Source: Candidatus Magasanikiibacteriota bacterium (GTDB lineage: Bacteria > Patescibacteriota > Patescibacteriia > Magasanikbacterales > UBA922). From it: DNA of 64,000 nt. The stretch lies in the NCBI GenBank assembly GCA_016193335.1, contig JACPSK010000005.1, positions 13,308-77,307 of the forward strand, read 5' to 3'. This document shows positions 50,798 through 60,127 of the stretch, in pieces (within the stretch, counting starts at the first letter, position 1; every line of letters begins with the position of its first letter). A model generated the notes under the pieces. That model saw only the letters and a program-made list of their open reading frames with translations. It was not told where the DNA came from and did not search any database. The position numbers were made by a program, and so were the translations under genes.

Positions 50798-50966
50798 ATT
50801 GATACGAATCCAGTGTACCTAGAAAAAACAGAGAAGTCCAGCTGTGAGTCATAAAACCAGAACTCATCTCAAAAATAATTATGAAGTCATTAACAAGACA
50901 GTTTCTGCATATATGGACTTGGTCCTTAAAATCTTAAAAAGATAATGCGAAGACGGAAGATAGAAG

Positions 50967-50995
50967 GGTTGACAAAGTCCTTTTTTGTGATATAG
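50967..50995 (+). promoter_or_regulatory. sigma70-like promoter reading into the GC-rich islet
   Basis: TTGACA, a 16-nt spacer, then TATAGT. Confidence 0.4.
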
Positions 50996-51101
50996 TTATT
51001 CCTTATCTTTTACAATTCACTTCCGATGCGCTCTATGGGAGGGAGAAATTTCTTCACAGAGAGTGCAGTGGAATCAAATTGTTTTTCAAGAATCTGCGGG
51101 T

Positions 51102-51656
51102 ATGATACACCCGTACCATATGGAGTGGCTAAGAGTCACAAGGAGAGGATCCGTGAAAATTCTTGAATGGAAGTATAATTCATTGTATATCCTTGACTTG
51201 AAGATCTTTTATCGATCTCCACTTGGTTTTTGGAACTCGGAGATCTTTGGACAGAATGTGGTTGTCTTTCTCACCTTGTCTGTGGCTTCCATTGGCGCCT
51301 TTTTCGTGGGGGGCTTCATGGCAGATCAGTTCCTCAAGGCTGATGAATACAAAAGAGCGGTCGAGGCCTGGACTGAGGCTAATCGGAAGGCAGTTGCGAT
51401 GCCATCCTACCTCAAAGCGGAGGTCGGCTCATACGACTTCCACATGGCCAACTGCTCCTTAGTGAGGGACAGGTGTGAGGCCGTGACGCGTAATTCCTGC
51501 GCGTCGGCCAAGGATGAGAGAGAGAAGCTCCTTATTCTGGAGTTTCGCCTTGCGGACTGTGGCGGGTTCGACGGCGAGCATAAAATCCTTCTTGTGTACT
51601 CCGACCACACATGCCTGTTTGTCGAGAGCTCCCAGGAGAGCTGTCCGGGCGGGTGA
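51102..51656 (+). CDS. hypothetical single-TM protein in the GC-rich islet; possibly frameshifted against the overlapping ORF 51514-51855
   Basis: ORF with a TM segment VVVFLTLSVASIGAFFVGGF; a second coding-like frame continues to 51855. Confidence 0.3.
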   Translation: MIHPYHMEWLRVTRRGSVKILEWKYNSLYILDLKIFYRSPLGFWNSEIFGQNVVVFLTLSVASIGAFFVGGFMADQFLKADEYKRAVEAWTEANRKAVAMPSYLKAEVGSYDFHMANCSLVRDRCEAVTRNSCASAKDEREKLLILEFRLADCGGFDGEHKILLVYSDHTCLFVESSQESCPGG

Positions 51657-51924
51657 AGCCAAGTGTGCCACAGGATGTGGCAGGGCAAATGGGGAATGTT
51701 TTATCCAGGCTCGACTCTTTGACCTCTGCGAGGTCTATGCCAAGGGCGGAGGCAAGAGGGCCATGGTCGCCCTATACGCCGAGAAGGTGGCAAAAGATCC
51801 CACATGGGGCGAGGCAGACCGTCGTCTGATCCTCGAACTCGGCCAAACCGAGTGATAGTTAGGAGGGCAGGCCGCGCGCCCGATCCGGCTTGTGATCCTA
51901 TTCTAAGATCGCAGAAAGCATCGG

Positions 51925-51968
51925 GAAAAGACAAAAACGACTCAAAATTCTTGAGTCGTTTTTGTCTG
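51925..51968 (+). terminator. strong rho-independent terminator
   Basis: gacaaaaacgactcaa-aattc-ttgagtcgtttttgtc, a 16-bp stem. Confidence 0.6.
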
Positions 51969-52197
51969 CAATAAATTCCAGTCTATCAAGACTACGAGCC
52001 GACGCCGTTAATGGTGTATTCGTCACCTCTAGTTTAGCAGAGTATCACCTCATAAAGTGTACTGTACATGATCCGTATCTTGACAAAACCCAAAAAATAG
52101 GGTGTACTGATACATTCTTTATTCCTCTGCGGTTGGTCCGTTCAAGCAGAATGGATCTACGAACAAGGGAATAGAACCGAACACAAGGGGGTGGGAC

Positions 52198-53382
52198 ATG
52201 GGACGCAAATCTCGAGAGAAAAGAGCAAAGCGGCGCTTGGACACGGCCAATGGCCTTGAATGGCTCTTGCGCTACTGGGAAGCGCTTCAGCGCTTTGACC
52301 GGGCCAACGCCCTTGCGGAGGAACGTTGGGGGCGTGGGATTCCAGCCCCGCGCTTTGGTCCGCAAACCTGCTGGCAGGACTTCCGTTCGTATCTCTTGGC
52401 TTCTCGTCCGGGAGATACTTACGACTCCGAACGTTTTGGCGGCATCATCCGCGGACGTAGAGATTACGTAAAGCACGCCAGCATTGCCACGTCTTTGCAT
52501 TCCTGGGCGAGCAACTCACGCAGAGTGTACCAGGTTGACGAAGATCTGGCGCTTCTTCTCAGCGCCACGTCTTTTGCCACACTGCGCATGGAAGATCTGC
52601 GATTTCCCTTTGACGGATTCGCGATCACCGTTGACAGCCCAGTGAGCTACGCCGGATCTTCCTTCAACACTTTTGTATGCGGGAAGGTTGTTGACGCGAG
52701 CGGGAAGACGGTGAAAGTGTTCACGGCCGTTTCGGCGCACATCTCAGAGTACACCGAGCCTTTCAGTAGTCTGAGTTCCGCTTTGCTCAGAACGGCCGAA
52801 AATGGCACAAGGGTTGAATTTGAGCGGCTGGCGCGGGATATCAGTCGGCTTACCCAGAAGCATAGCACGCGCTCGCATGAAGCGCTTTGCTGGCCGATCT
52901 CCGAAGAGCCCGGCTGTACTGTGGAAGACTGCATTAAAAAAACGTTTGAGATGCAGGCGGACAGCGGGGAAGCTGAATTGGTGAAACATCTTTCCGTATT
53001 CACCACGGTCGCCAGACTCGTCTTTGGCGTGCCGGTGTATTTGCAGTCGCTGGAGCCTGCGAAGCGAGACGCTTCAGGCTTCAAGAAGCTTCCTCGCGAA
53101 GCGGTTTTGCCTGACCCGAACGTGGTCACGCGTGAAGCCGAAGTTTGCAAGATCTCTTCAACCCGGGTGCTCAGCCCGGCTGAGCGGGAGATCCTGCGCC
53201 GCTATCGCAGAAACCCGTCGGGTGAAATTGGCGCTCATTTCCGCTGCGGACATTGGCGCAGGCCTCCGGGCAAGGGTGCTGATCCGGATGCCCCCAAAAC
53301 CGTCTGGGTTTCTCCGACCATCGTGCGACAGGATCGTCTGCCCGATGGTACGGCAGCGCCAGGAGCCAAACAAATTTTGTAA
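52198..53382 (+). CDS. hypothetical 394-aa protein (GC-rich, basic N-terminus, no recognisable domain)
   Basis: strong SD AAGGGGGTG 6 nt upstream of the ATG; clean long ORF; codon usage differs from its neighbours. Confidence 0.5.
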   Translation: MGRKSREKRAKRRLDTANGLEWLLRYWEALQRFDRANALAEERWGRGIPAPRFGPQTCWQDFRSYLLASRPGDTYDSERFGGIIRGRRDYVKHASIATSLHSWASNSRRVYQVDEDLALLLSATSFATLRMEDLRFPFDGFAITVDSPVSYAGSSFNTFVCGKVVDASGKTVKVFTAVSAHISEYTEPFSSLSSALLRTAENGTRVEFERLARDISRLTQKHSTRSHEALCWPISEEPGCTVEDCIKKTFEMQADSGEAELVKHLSVFTTVARLVFGVPVYLQSLEPAKRDASGFKKLPREAVLPDPNVVTREAEVCKISSTRVLSPAEREILRRYRRNPSGEIGAHFRCGHWRRPPGKGADPDAPKTVWVSPTIVRQDRLPDGTAAPGAKQIL

Positions 53383-53476
53383 AGGAGCGGCCGATTGAAT
53401 TCACAACAGATCGGCCAAAACAAAAAAACGTCAGACATGGCGTTTTTTTGTTTCAAAAATCTGGAGCTTACTGTCT

Positions 53477-55198
53477 TCACAACAAAAGCATTCGCGCCAT
53501 CCGCAATTCATCATAGGTATACGCGCCGTTGAAATGCTGAAACACGGGCGATAATTTGTCTGTATCACATTCACGAAACGCGGCGTGAATTTCATCAAGC
53601 CCTCGAGATATCGAAGGAGTCAAAAGATTTTCCAAACGAGTACGGTCAATTTTGCCTTTCAAAACTAATATTTCCACATGACTCAAAATAGTACCTGGTT
53701 TCAAATTTCTTGCTTTCGCGATCTCCTCAACAGACAAGCCTTCGTTCCATAATTCAAGGGTTTTTTCTTGAGTGTTCGTTTCTGCTTTTTTAGGGGAAAG
53801 GCCTTGCCCCATATCTGATTCTTTTCTGAGGTTTCGCATAATTCCCCCACAACGAATAATAAAATGTTTCGTCAATTCTTCTGCTTCGTCCTTGGACATC
53901 CGCGCATAGTTCCCTTCAGTTTTCTCTGAGTCGGCGCGGAATATTCTGTCCTGGTCCAAAACATCCGGGTGAACCTCAAAAGTCTGATCATTCCACCCCA
54001 ATATATGCAAACCGGAAAGACGCCTGACTCGGGATAAAGCCACATAACCTTGGCCATACTCAAAAACCTGAGACAGATCCATTACAGCTTCATCCAAACT
54101 CATCCCTTGGCTCTTGTGCACGGTAATGGCCCAGGCCAAACGCAGAGGCACTTGAGTGATACTTGCTCTCAAACGGCCATTCTCTTCGAGATTCCAATCC
54201 ATGGGTTCCACCTCAATAAGGCGGCCATCCCTGGAACGCACCAAGGGCAGACGGGTCTCCTTATGAAAAGCCTCCACAGTGCCGAGCGTGCCGTTTGAAA
54301 AACCGGCGCTGGGATTATTTTTCGTAAACATGACAGAAGCGTTTATTTTTAGAGCGAGGCGCTCCGGAGAAATACAGCCCCGTTTGAGGGCTTCCACCGC
54401 ATGTTCAGAACCATGTGAACTCATGGCATAGATCTGAGCAAGACCGGGAAGCGTGGAAAGCATCTTGTCATTCATCCGATCCACGTCCGCGTTATGAGAA
54501 AACAATTTAGGCACATCTTTGGGCGCTTGGCTCTGAACAATTTTCCTCGATTGTATATGCCGCAAATGCTCCGGACCGAAAACATGCGCTCTCACAGCGG
54601 AAAGCACGGAAAGATAAGACGCATCATCCTGGCGATATTGTTCAGAGAGATAACAAATTTTAGGCCCCAGCGCCTTCCATGCTTGAGATCCGTAGGCAAA
54701 ACGGAGGGCTGGCGTATCAAGAAGAACCGCTCGAGCCTGCGTCGCCTCAATTTCTCTTTTAAGAACCGGGGGTAACTGAAAAAAATCACCCACGAGTACG
54801 GTTTGCAATCCACCAAAAGGAAAATCATTTTGTTTTACCGCACGGCAAACCGCGTCTACCATGTCTAGAACTCCGGGGGCGAGCATGGACACCTCGTCTA
54901 CAATCAAAACTTTGGAACGCCGAATTCTTCTTTCAATCTGCTGTTTCTCCGCGATCTTTTTGATTTCGTGTTTGCTGAGTTTGTCTTTTATACCGATTCC
55001 GCTCCACGAATGTATCGTCATGCCCCCAACATGCGTGGCCGCGATGCCGGTGGACGCGGTGATAGACGGATCGATGTCATGTTCTCGGAGCCAGTCAATG
55101 TAGGCGTTCACCGTGTGGGTTTTCCCTGAACCTGGTTCTCCGGTAAGAAAAACATTGGTCCCTGTTTTGAGAATGTGAAGGGCAAGGGATTGTTTCAT
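53477..55198 (-). CDS. PIF1/RecD-family ATP-dependent DNA helicase with a C-terminal HTH region
   Basis: Walker A GEPGSGKTHT; LIVDEVSM; C-terminal LSVEEIAKARNL HTH. Confidence 0.7.
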   Translation of the reverse strand: MKQSLALHILKTGTNVFLTGEPGSGKTHTVNAYIDWLREHDIDPSITASTGIAATHVGGMTIHSWSGIGIKDKLSKHEIKKIAEKQQIERRIRRSKVLIVDEVSMLAPGVLDMVDAVCRAVKQNDFPFGGLQTVLVGDFFQLPPVLKREIEATQARAVLLDTPALRFAYGSQAWKALGPKICYLSEQYRQDDASYLSVLSAVRAHVFGPEHLRHIQSRKIVQSQAPKDVPKLFSHNADVDRMNDKMLSTLPGLAQIYAMSSHGSEHAVEALKRGCISPERLALKINASVMFTKNNPSAGFSNGTLGTVEAFHKETRLPLVRSRDGRLIEVEPMDWNLEENGRLRASITQVPLRLAWAITVHKSQGMSLDEAVMDLSQVFEYGQGYVALSRVRRLSGLHILGWNDQTFEVHPDVLDQDRIFRADSEKTEGNYARMSKDEAEELTKHFIIRCGGIMRNLRKESDMGQGLSPKKAETNTQEKTLELWNEGLSVEEIAKARNLKPGTILSHVEILVLKGKIDRTRLENLLTPSISRGLDEIHAAFRECDTDKLSPVFQHFNGAYTYDELRMARMLLL

Positions 55199-55294
55199 AA
55201 AGATATATTTGTGCCATAATCAGATGGCGTTTCCAAAATCCAATATAGTATATGAAAATTCTAATCTTAACGAAAGGATAAAAATAAAAAATCT

Positions 55295-55840
55295 CTAAAC
55301 GCCCAATCCATACCTCTTGAGTTCCGCCCGCCGCGGGCGGTAATCCGGAATCGTTTCTGCGACAAGATTCCAAAATTGCTGAGAATGATTTAAATGTTCA
55401 AGATGGCATAGCTCATGCACAACAACATAATCAGCGAGTTCAAGGGGCAAAAACACCAAACGATAATGAAAATTTAAATTTTTTTCTCCAGAACAACTCC
55501 CCCATCTGGTTTTCATGTTCTTTATTGACACGCGACGGTAGAAAACCGCGTATAGCGGCGCATAAATTTTCAATCGTTCCATCACAAATTTTTTTGCCCG
55601 TCCGCGAGCGGCCAAAAAATGTTCTTGCTTCATATCTTCTGGCCTCAACCAATCCGCTCGTCTACGTTTTATTTCTTCAGTCCTGGATCGAATCCATTCG
55701 GAATGAGATTCCACAAAAGAATTGATAACATCTCGGCCGACTTTCATAGGAGCGACCACAAGCACCGCGTCGCGACATAGAACAATAGAAATGCGTTTAG
55801 CGCGGCGGGAACGTCGAAGCGTATAAAATAACTTGGACAT
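55295..55840 (-). CDS. YgjP/DUF45-family metal-dependent hydrolase (M48-like)
   Basis: RWGSCS...YVVVHELCHLEHLNHS. Confidence 0.65.
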   Translation of the reverse strand: MSKLFYTLRRSRRAKRISIVLCRDAVLVVAPMKVGRDVINSFVESHSEWIRSRTEEIKRRRADWLRPEDMKQEHFLAARGRAKKFVMERLKIYAPLYAVFYRRVSIKNMKTRWGSCSGEKNLNFHYRLVFLPLELADYVVVHELCHLEHLNHSQQFWNLVAETIPDYRPRRAELKRYGLGV

Positions 55841-55914
55841 AAGATAAACCCTGGCTTAAAATACACAAAATACCGGATTCGGTCCGGGCGCAAGCCATCT
55901 TGTCAGACCAACGG

Positions 55915-56184
55915 TTATTTTTTACCCATCGCGTTATAAATCGCGGCGAAGACAAAACCAAACAAATAACCGGAAACAAAGGCTCCGACTACACCCCAAA
56001 GAGCCACGGAAAATGCGAATCCTCCCACAACATGCAGATCATTTAAAAAATGCATGCCATGCCACCTGTTGGCAAAAGGCTGACCCCAGCCTGCCGCGAC
56101 CGTGAGCACCCACAAAAGATGCGTTAGTCCAAACAATAAGCCAAGAGACAGACCCGCTCTATTTTTGTCGAAAGACATAGACAT
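55915..56184 (-). CDS. small membrane protein
   Basis: ORF only. Confidence 0.2.
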   Translation of the reverse strand: MSMSFDKNRAGLSLGLLFGLTHLLWVLTVAAGWGQPFANRWHGMHFLNDLHVVGGFAFSVALWGVVGAFVSGYLFGFVFAAIYNAMGKK

Positions 56185-56248
56185 ATAAGTAAGGTAACTT
56201 AATATTTCTTAAGTATAGCAAAAACTTATTCTTACAACAAAACAAACC

Positions 56249-56656
56249 CTAAAATTCAGAGACCATCTTTCTTGTTTTTTTAAGCCGGCTCTGCCTTTTT
56301 TTATCATCCAGTCTTCGCTCGATACTCGCCCTGCCAGGACGCGTACGTCTGCGAATCTTTTTTGGCTTCAAAGCCTCGCCTATTAACCCATGAAGCCGTT
56401 CAATGGCGATCACTTTATTACGAACCTGGCTACGTTCTTCGTCCACGTTTATCATCACCTCATCGCCAATGGTGACACGCTTACCAAGAGCCCGGCGTAT
56501 TTTATTTTTTTGTCCATCGGAAAATGCCTTCGATTCGCCTACACACCAACGGAGCTGTGCTTTAGTCTCCACTTTGTTCACATTTTGACCGCCAGGACCA
56601 GAAGACCGAGCAGTAGAGAAAAAAAATTCCTGCGGAGGTATAGTTGGGATAAGCAT
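56249..56656 (-). CDS. arfB: alternative ribosome-rescue factor ArfB (peptidyl-tRNA hydrolase)
   Basis: GPGGQNVNKV GGQ motif and a basic C-terminal tail. Confidence 0.7.
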   Translation of the reverse strand: MLIPTIPPQEFFFSTARSSGPGGQNVNKVETKAQLRWCVGESKAFSDGQKNKIRRALGKRVTIGDEVMINVDEERSQVRNKVIAIERLHGLIGEALKPKKIRRRTRPGRASIERRLDDKKRQSRLKKTRKMVSEF

Positions 56657-56736
56657 ACCTGCTTGTTGTAGATTATACCGCTCTATAGCTAGAACGTATT
56701 TTGAGATAGACTCCAAAAAAATTAAACGCAAATAAT

Positions 56737-57309
56737 TCATTCAAGCCCAGACAAAATGGTGTTGAATTGTTCATACACCTGTTCCAAACTCTTCCCTACC
56801 GTGTTGATCTGAAAATAAGACTCCCAAGTCCCAAAATACGCGCGGGTTTCCTCTCGGATTAAATCCCAATATCTATATTGCGCCTTTGTCTTATAAATTC
56901 CACGTTCGAGAAGACGCTCGATCGTAGTCTGATAATCACTCAAAAAATACAGTACAGCCACATTCCCATAATGGAGCTCTCTTGTCAGACAGTCCAGATA
57001 TTCGTTGTTCAAATCAAAATCTTTCTTTCTCACCTTTCCACTCTTATATTGAGCCACACCCAAGGGATATTGATAATGCAACACGCGTTCAAAAATAATT
57101 GGCTCTTCCTTATGTGTGGCAAGCGCTTTTTTGTCTCTATCAAAAAAATAATCGCAAAACCACCTATGTGACGCCGGCTTGTCTTCCTCGACTTCCTTGG
57201 GTATCCGCTTCCATCCTTCTTCAAAAACTACCAGTTTATCTTGAGCCGCCAATTGTTCAAGTATGCTTGATTTCCCTGTGCATGGGTCTCCGAGAAGCGT
57301 GATGTGCAT
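56737..57309 (-). CDS. deoxynucleoside kinase-like P-loop kinase
   Basis: LLGDPCTGKSS P-loop; ERV and LSDYQTTIERLLERG dNK-like blocks. Confidence 0.4.
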   Translation of the reverse strand: MHITLLGDPCTGKSSILEQLAAQDKLVVFEEGWKRIPKEVEEDKPASHRWFCDYFFDRDKKALATHKEEPIIFERVLHYQYPLGVAQYKSGKVRKKDFDLNNEYLDCLTRELHYGNVAVLYFLSDYQTTIERLLERGIYKTKAQYRYWDLIREETRAYFGTWESYFQINTVGKSLEQVYEQFNTILSGLE

Positions 57310-57316
57310 AGCCTAT

Positions 57317-58765
57317 TTAATCCCCTTGTCCTATTCCATACCAATCTATTCTGCGCGATACCCACATGATTGCGCCAAGGATCACAAACAAAGCTATGGA
57401 GCCGAGTAAAAGCGCATAATCGGTAAGCTGCAAAAGTACATATACAAATCCATAGAACAAGGTAAGAACCCCGCCACCCATAAGAGCGCGCTTCCAACTT
57501 TCCATGATACTCTTGCTGAAGAGAGTAACCATACCAATAACTGCCGCACTCGCGACAAGATAGGCCCAACCGAAACGGATATATTCCGCGAGAGACAGAA
57601 GCAACGTATAAAAGACAACCAAAGCAAAACCGACAAGAGCATACTGAACCGGGTGAATCCTTCTTCTAGCCGTGAGCTCGGTAAAGAAAATAACCACAAA
57701 TACAAGAGCGATCACGGCAATGCCATATTTGGCAGAACGCTGAGTTTTTTGGTACAAATCCACAGGCTGGAGCAGACGAACCCCGAAAGCATCATCAATG
57801 ACTTGTCCCCCTTTGCCTTCCATCGTCGGATACACAGGTTCAAAAAAACGTCCATCAAAATCAGTCTTCGGATAGGCTATGGCTTCTCCACCACTAAATC
57901 CAAAACCATAACTTTCTTTGTCAGTCCATTTTTGTGGAAAGGCCCTATTCAAATCCAGCACAGTCCACTCAGCTTCAAACCCAGAGTCTGTGATAGTATG
58001 AGTAGTCGGCAAAAAAGCCCCGTCAAAACTGGGATAAGCCCAATTTGATACAAGTTTTACTTTCGTTTCTTTGCCTATGGGCATGAAGGCAAGAGCCTGG
58101 CTTCCTCTCAAATCAAATTTGACGCTAAAAGCGTATCTGGTAGGGACAGGAATCTGGGGCTGGCCGGAAAGAGCCAAAGAAACCGGAGCGCTCACTCCAG
58201 AAGAAACAGCAAAACCTTTTACTCCGGGTGAAAATGATACTTTGGAAGTGTTCCATTGCATCTCAATTTGTTCCCGCACGCCACGCAAATCAGGAAGACC
58301 AAAAACGACAAAGGATTCGGAATAACGCATGTCCTGAGGATCCAAACCCAGCCCGTTAATATCGGGGGCTGAAAAAGAACCTTCAAAATCTAGGACTGAA
58401 GCATACACCGGCACATCATAAATATCTCTTGAGCGTATTTCAACGTCGACGCGTCCGCTGGCAGCCAAAGTATCCGGCAAAAAATAAGCATATTCTGTTT
58501 CCAAAGGTTTATCCGCCGCGACTCTCTTATTATAAGGAACAACCAAGATCGGCCCCACCAAAGTTTGAGGACGCCCCCAACTTGCGCTGACCTCCGCGAT
58601 AGTGTTCTGCTGTCTCGCGGAACGCTCATTGACAATATTATTCACCAAAGAAGAAGGAATAAGAAACAACACAACCAAAAATACAATAGCCAAGAGCTTA
58701 AGAGTGATTGAATTGCGCTTATTTGTTTTGATCCCTAGTCCGGAAGAACTTGAATGTTCCGACAT
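57317..58765 (-). CDS. creD: cell-envelope integrity inner-membrane protein CreD
   Basis: N-terminal TM plus the NERSARQQ motif, a large periplasmic domain and a C-terminal multi-TM region. Confidence 0.65.
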   Translation of the reverse strand: MSEHSSSSGLGIKTNKRNSITLKLLAIVFLVVLFLIPSSLVNNIVNERSARQQNTIAEVSASWGRPQTLVGPILVVPYNKRVAADKPLETEYAYFLPDTLAASGRVDVEIRSRDIYDVPVYASVLDFEGSFSAPDINGLGLDPQDMRYSESFVVFGLPDLRGVREQIEMQWNTSKVSFSPGVKGFAVSSGVSAPVSLALSGQPQIPVPTRYAFSVKFDLRGSQALAFMPIGKETKVKLVSNWAYPSFDGAFLPTTHTITDSGFEAEWTVLDLNRAFPQKWTDKESYGFGFSGGEAIAYPKTDFDGRFFEPVYPTMEGKGGQVIDDAFGVRLLQPVDLYQKTQRSAKYGIAVIALVFVVIFFTELTARRRIHPVQYALVGFALVVFYTLLLSLAEYIRFGWAYLVASAAVIGMVTLFSKSIMESWKRALMGGGVLTLFYGFVYVLLQLTDYALLLGSIALFVILGAIMWVSRRIDWYGIGQGD

Positions 58766-58893
58766 ATTATAAGATAGTAGAAGATAACTTAATAATCTTA
58801 TACTAGCATCCTGTTCGAAGGAGAGTCAATATCGCAATGCCCTAGCAAAAAAAACAAGACCCTTTTGAGGATCTTGTTTTAATGTCGGTTTAT

Positions 58894-59199
58894 TTAGTTG
58901 TCACCGCGATATCCGCCGCCAAATCCACGACCATTGTCTCGAGGACGATCGGTTTTTGGGCGAGCTTCGTTGACAACGATGGTGCGGCCGTCGAGCTCCT
59001 GATTGTTGCAGGCGTCGATGGCTGCCTGAGCTTCTTCTGGAGTGGACATTTCCACAAATCCAAAGCCCTTTGATCTCCCGCTCATTCGATCTTGAATGAT
59101 CGAAGCTGAGGTCACCGTACCAGACTGGGAAAAAAATTCTTTCAAACTTTCATCCGTGGTGCTGTATGAGAGATTACCTACGTATAACTTGTTCGTCAT
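58894..59199 (-). CDS. RRM-type glycine-rich RNA-binding protein
   Basis: RNP2 LYVGNL, RNP1 KGFGFVEM, and an RGG tail. Confidence 0.75.
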   Translation of the reverse strand: MTNKLYVGNLSYSTTDESLKEFFSQSGTVTSASIIQDRMSGRSKGFGFVEMSTPEEAQAAIDACNNQELDGRTIVVNEARPKTDRPRDNGRGFGGGYRGDN

Positions 59200-59455
59200 A
59201 ATGATGCTTACACAGTACATGTTCGATTACGTGATCCGACCTTTACCTTCTTGGCCTTACACTAACTGTGTAAGAAAGAAAAACGATACGTAATAGCAGA
59301 TACAGGATACCACATATGGGAAAAGAAGTCAATAGCTTAGTACGGATGCTACGGATCTACAGATCAACGGATAAGGGCATGGACACGAAACCCAAACCAC
59401 AGGTCATCCCAACCATAGATTTGTTTCCTCCGTAGATCCGTAGTGTCCGCACTTT

Positions 59456-59779
59456 CTATAATGTCTCTATCTTAGCCGCCAAAATAAAATCATTTTCACT
59501 TAAGCCCCCTACGGCGTGAGTCCAAAGTTCAATAAACACTTTATTATAATGAATCGAAATATCTGGATGATGCGTCTCTTGTTCAGCAAGCGCGGCTACT
59601 TGATTTACAAATTCCATAGCTTCTTTAAAATCGGAAAACGAAAACTCATGGCTTATCTTCTTGCCTCCGGTTACTCTCCACTCCAATGAAAGACTCGGGA
59701 GGTAGGCCATGATCTCTCCCCCTTGTATCGGGGAACTGGTTCCTTCGCATGGCTTGCAATGTTTTTGTTTCAAGCTCAT
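59456..59779 (-). CDS. pterin-4a-carbinolamine dehydratase
   Basis: EQETHHPDI ... W.TH PCD motifs. Confidence 0.75.
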   Translation of the reverse strand: MSLKQKHCKPCEGTSSPIQGGEIMAYLPSLSLEWRVTGGKKISHEFSFSDFKEAMEFVNQVAALAEQETHHPDISIHYNKVFIELWTHAVGGLSENDFILAAKIETL

Positions 59780-59996
59780 AACAAATATTCAGACTTAAGA
59801 TGGATACAAGCAATTTAGACTATAAACAACACAAAAAAATTAAATACAATCATACAATATCGGTGAATCACACACTCTCAAAGTTAACCAGTATATAAAT
59901 GGCAATTCTCGCCCGCGTCGAAAACAGTTCCTGCCAAGCCCAAAAAAAACTGAAAAAAATGACAACATTTTTCCTCTAAGACAGGGATACCACAAA

Positions 59997-60095
59997 GCTA
60001 AACGAAAAAGCTACTGATTTTCTGACGCCAAGCAAAGGATCCGATGATAGATCAGAAAAAATTGGCGTTAGAAAATCAGTAGCTTTTTCAGCGAA
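59997..60095. repeat. perfect 28-bp inverted repeat (hairpin) 3' of the giant gene
   Basis: gaaaaagctactgattttctgacgccaa ... ttggcgttagaaaatcagtagctttttc. Confidence 0.5.
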
Positions 60096-60127
60096 GCCGG
60101 GATCCTATTTCTACAGTCTATAACAAA

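Noticed and set aside
50960-53430. The GC-rich islets as contaminant or chimeric contigs
   Set aside because: Each islet is short and embedded between host-like genes. Each has host-style AT-rich promoter, RBS and terminator signals at its edges, with no obvious break in gene orientation logic. I cannot exclude misassembly without reads, so the check is listed in the findings.
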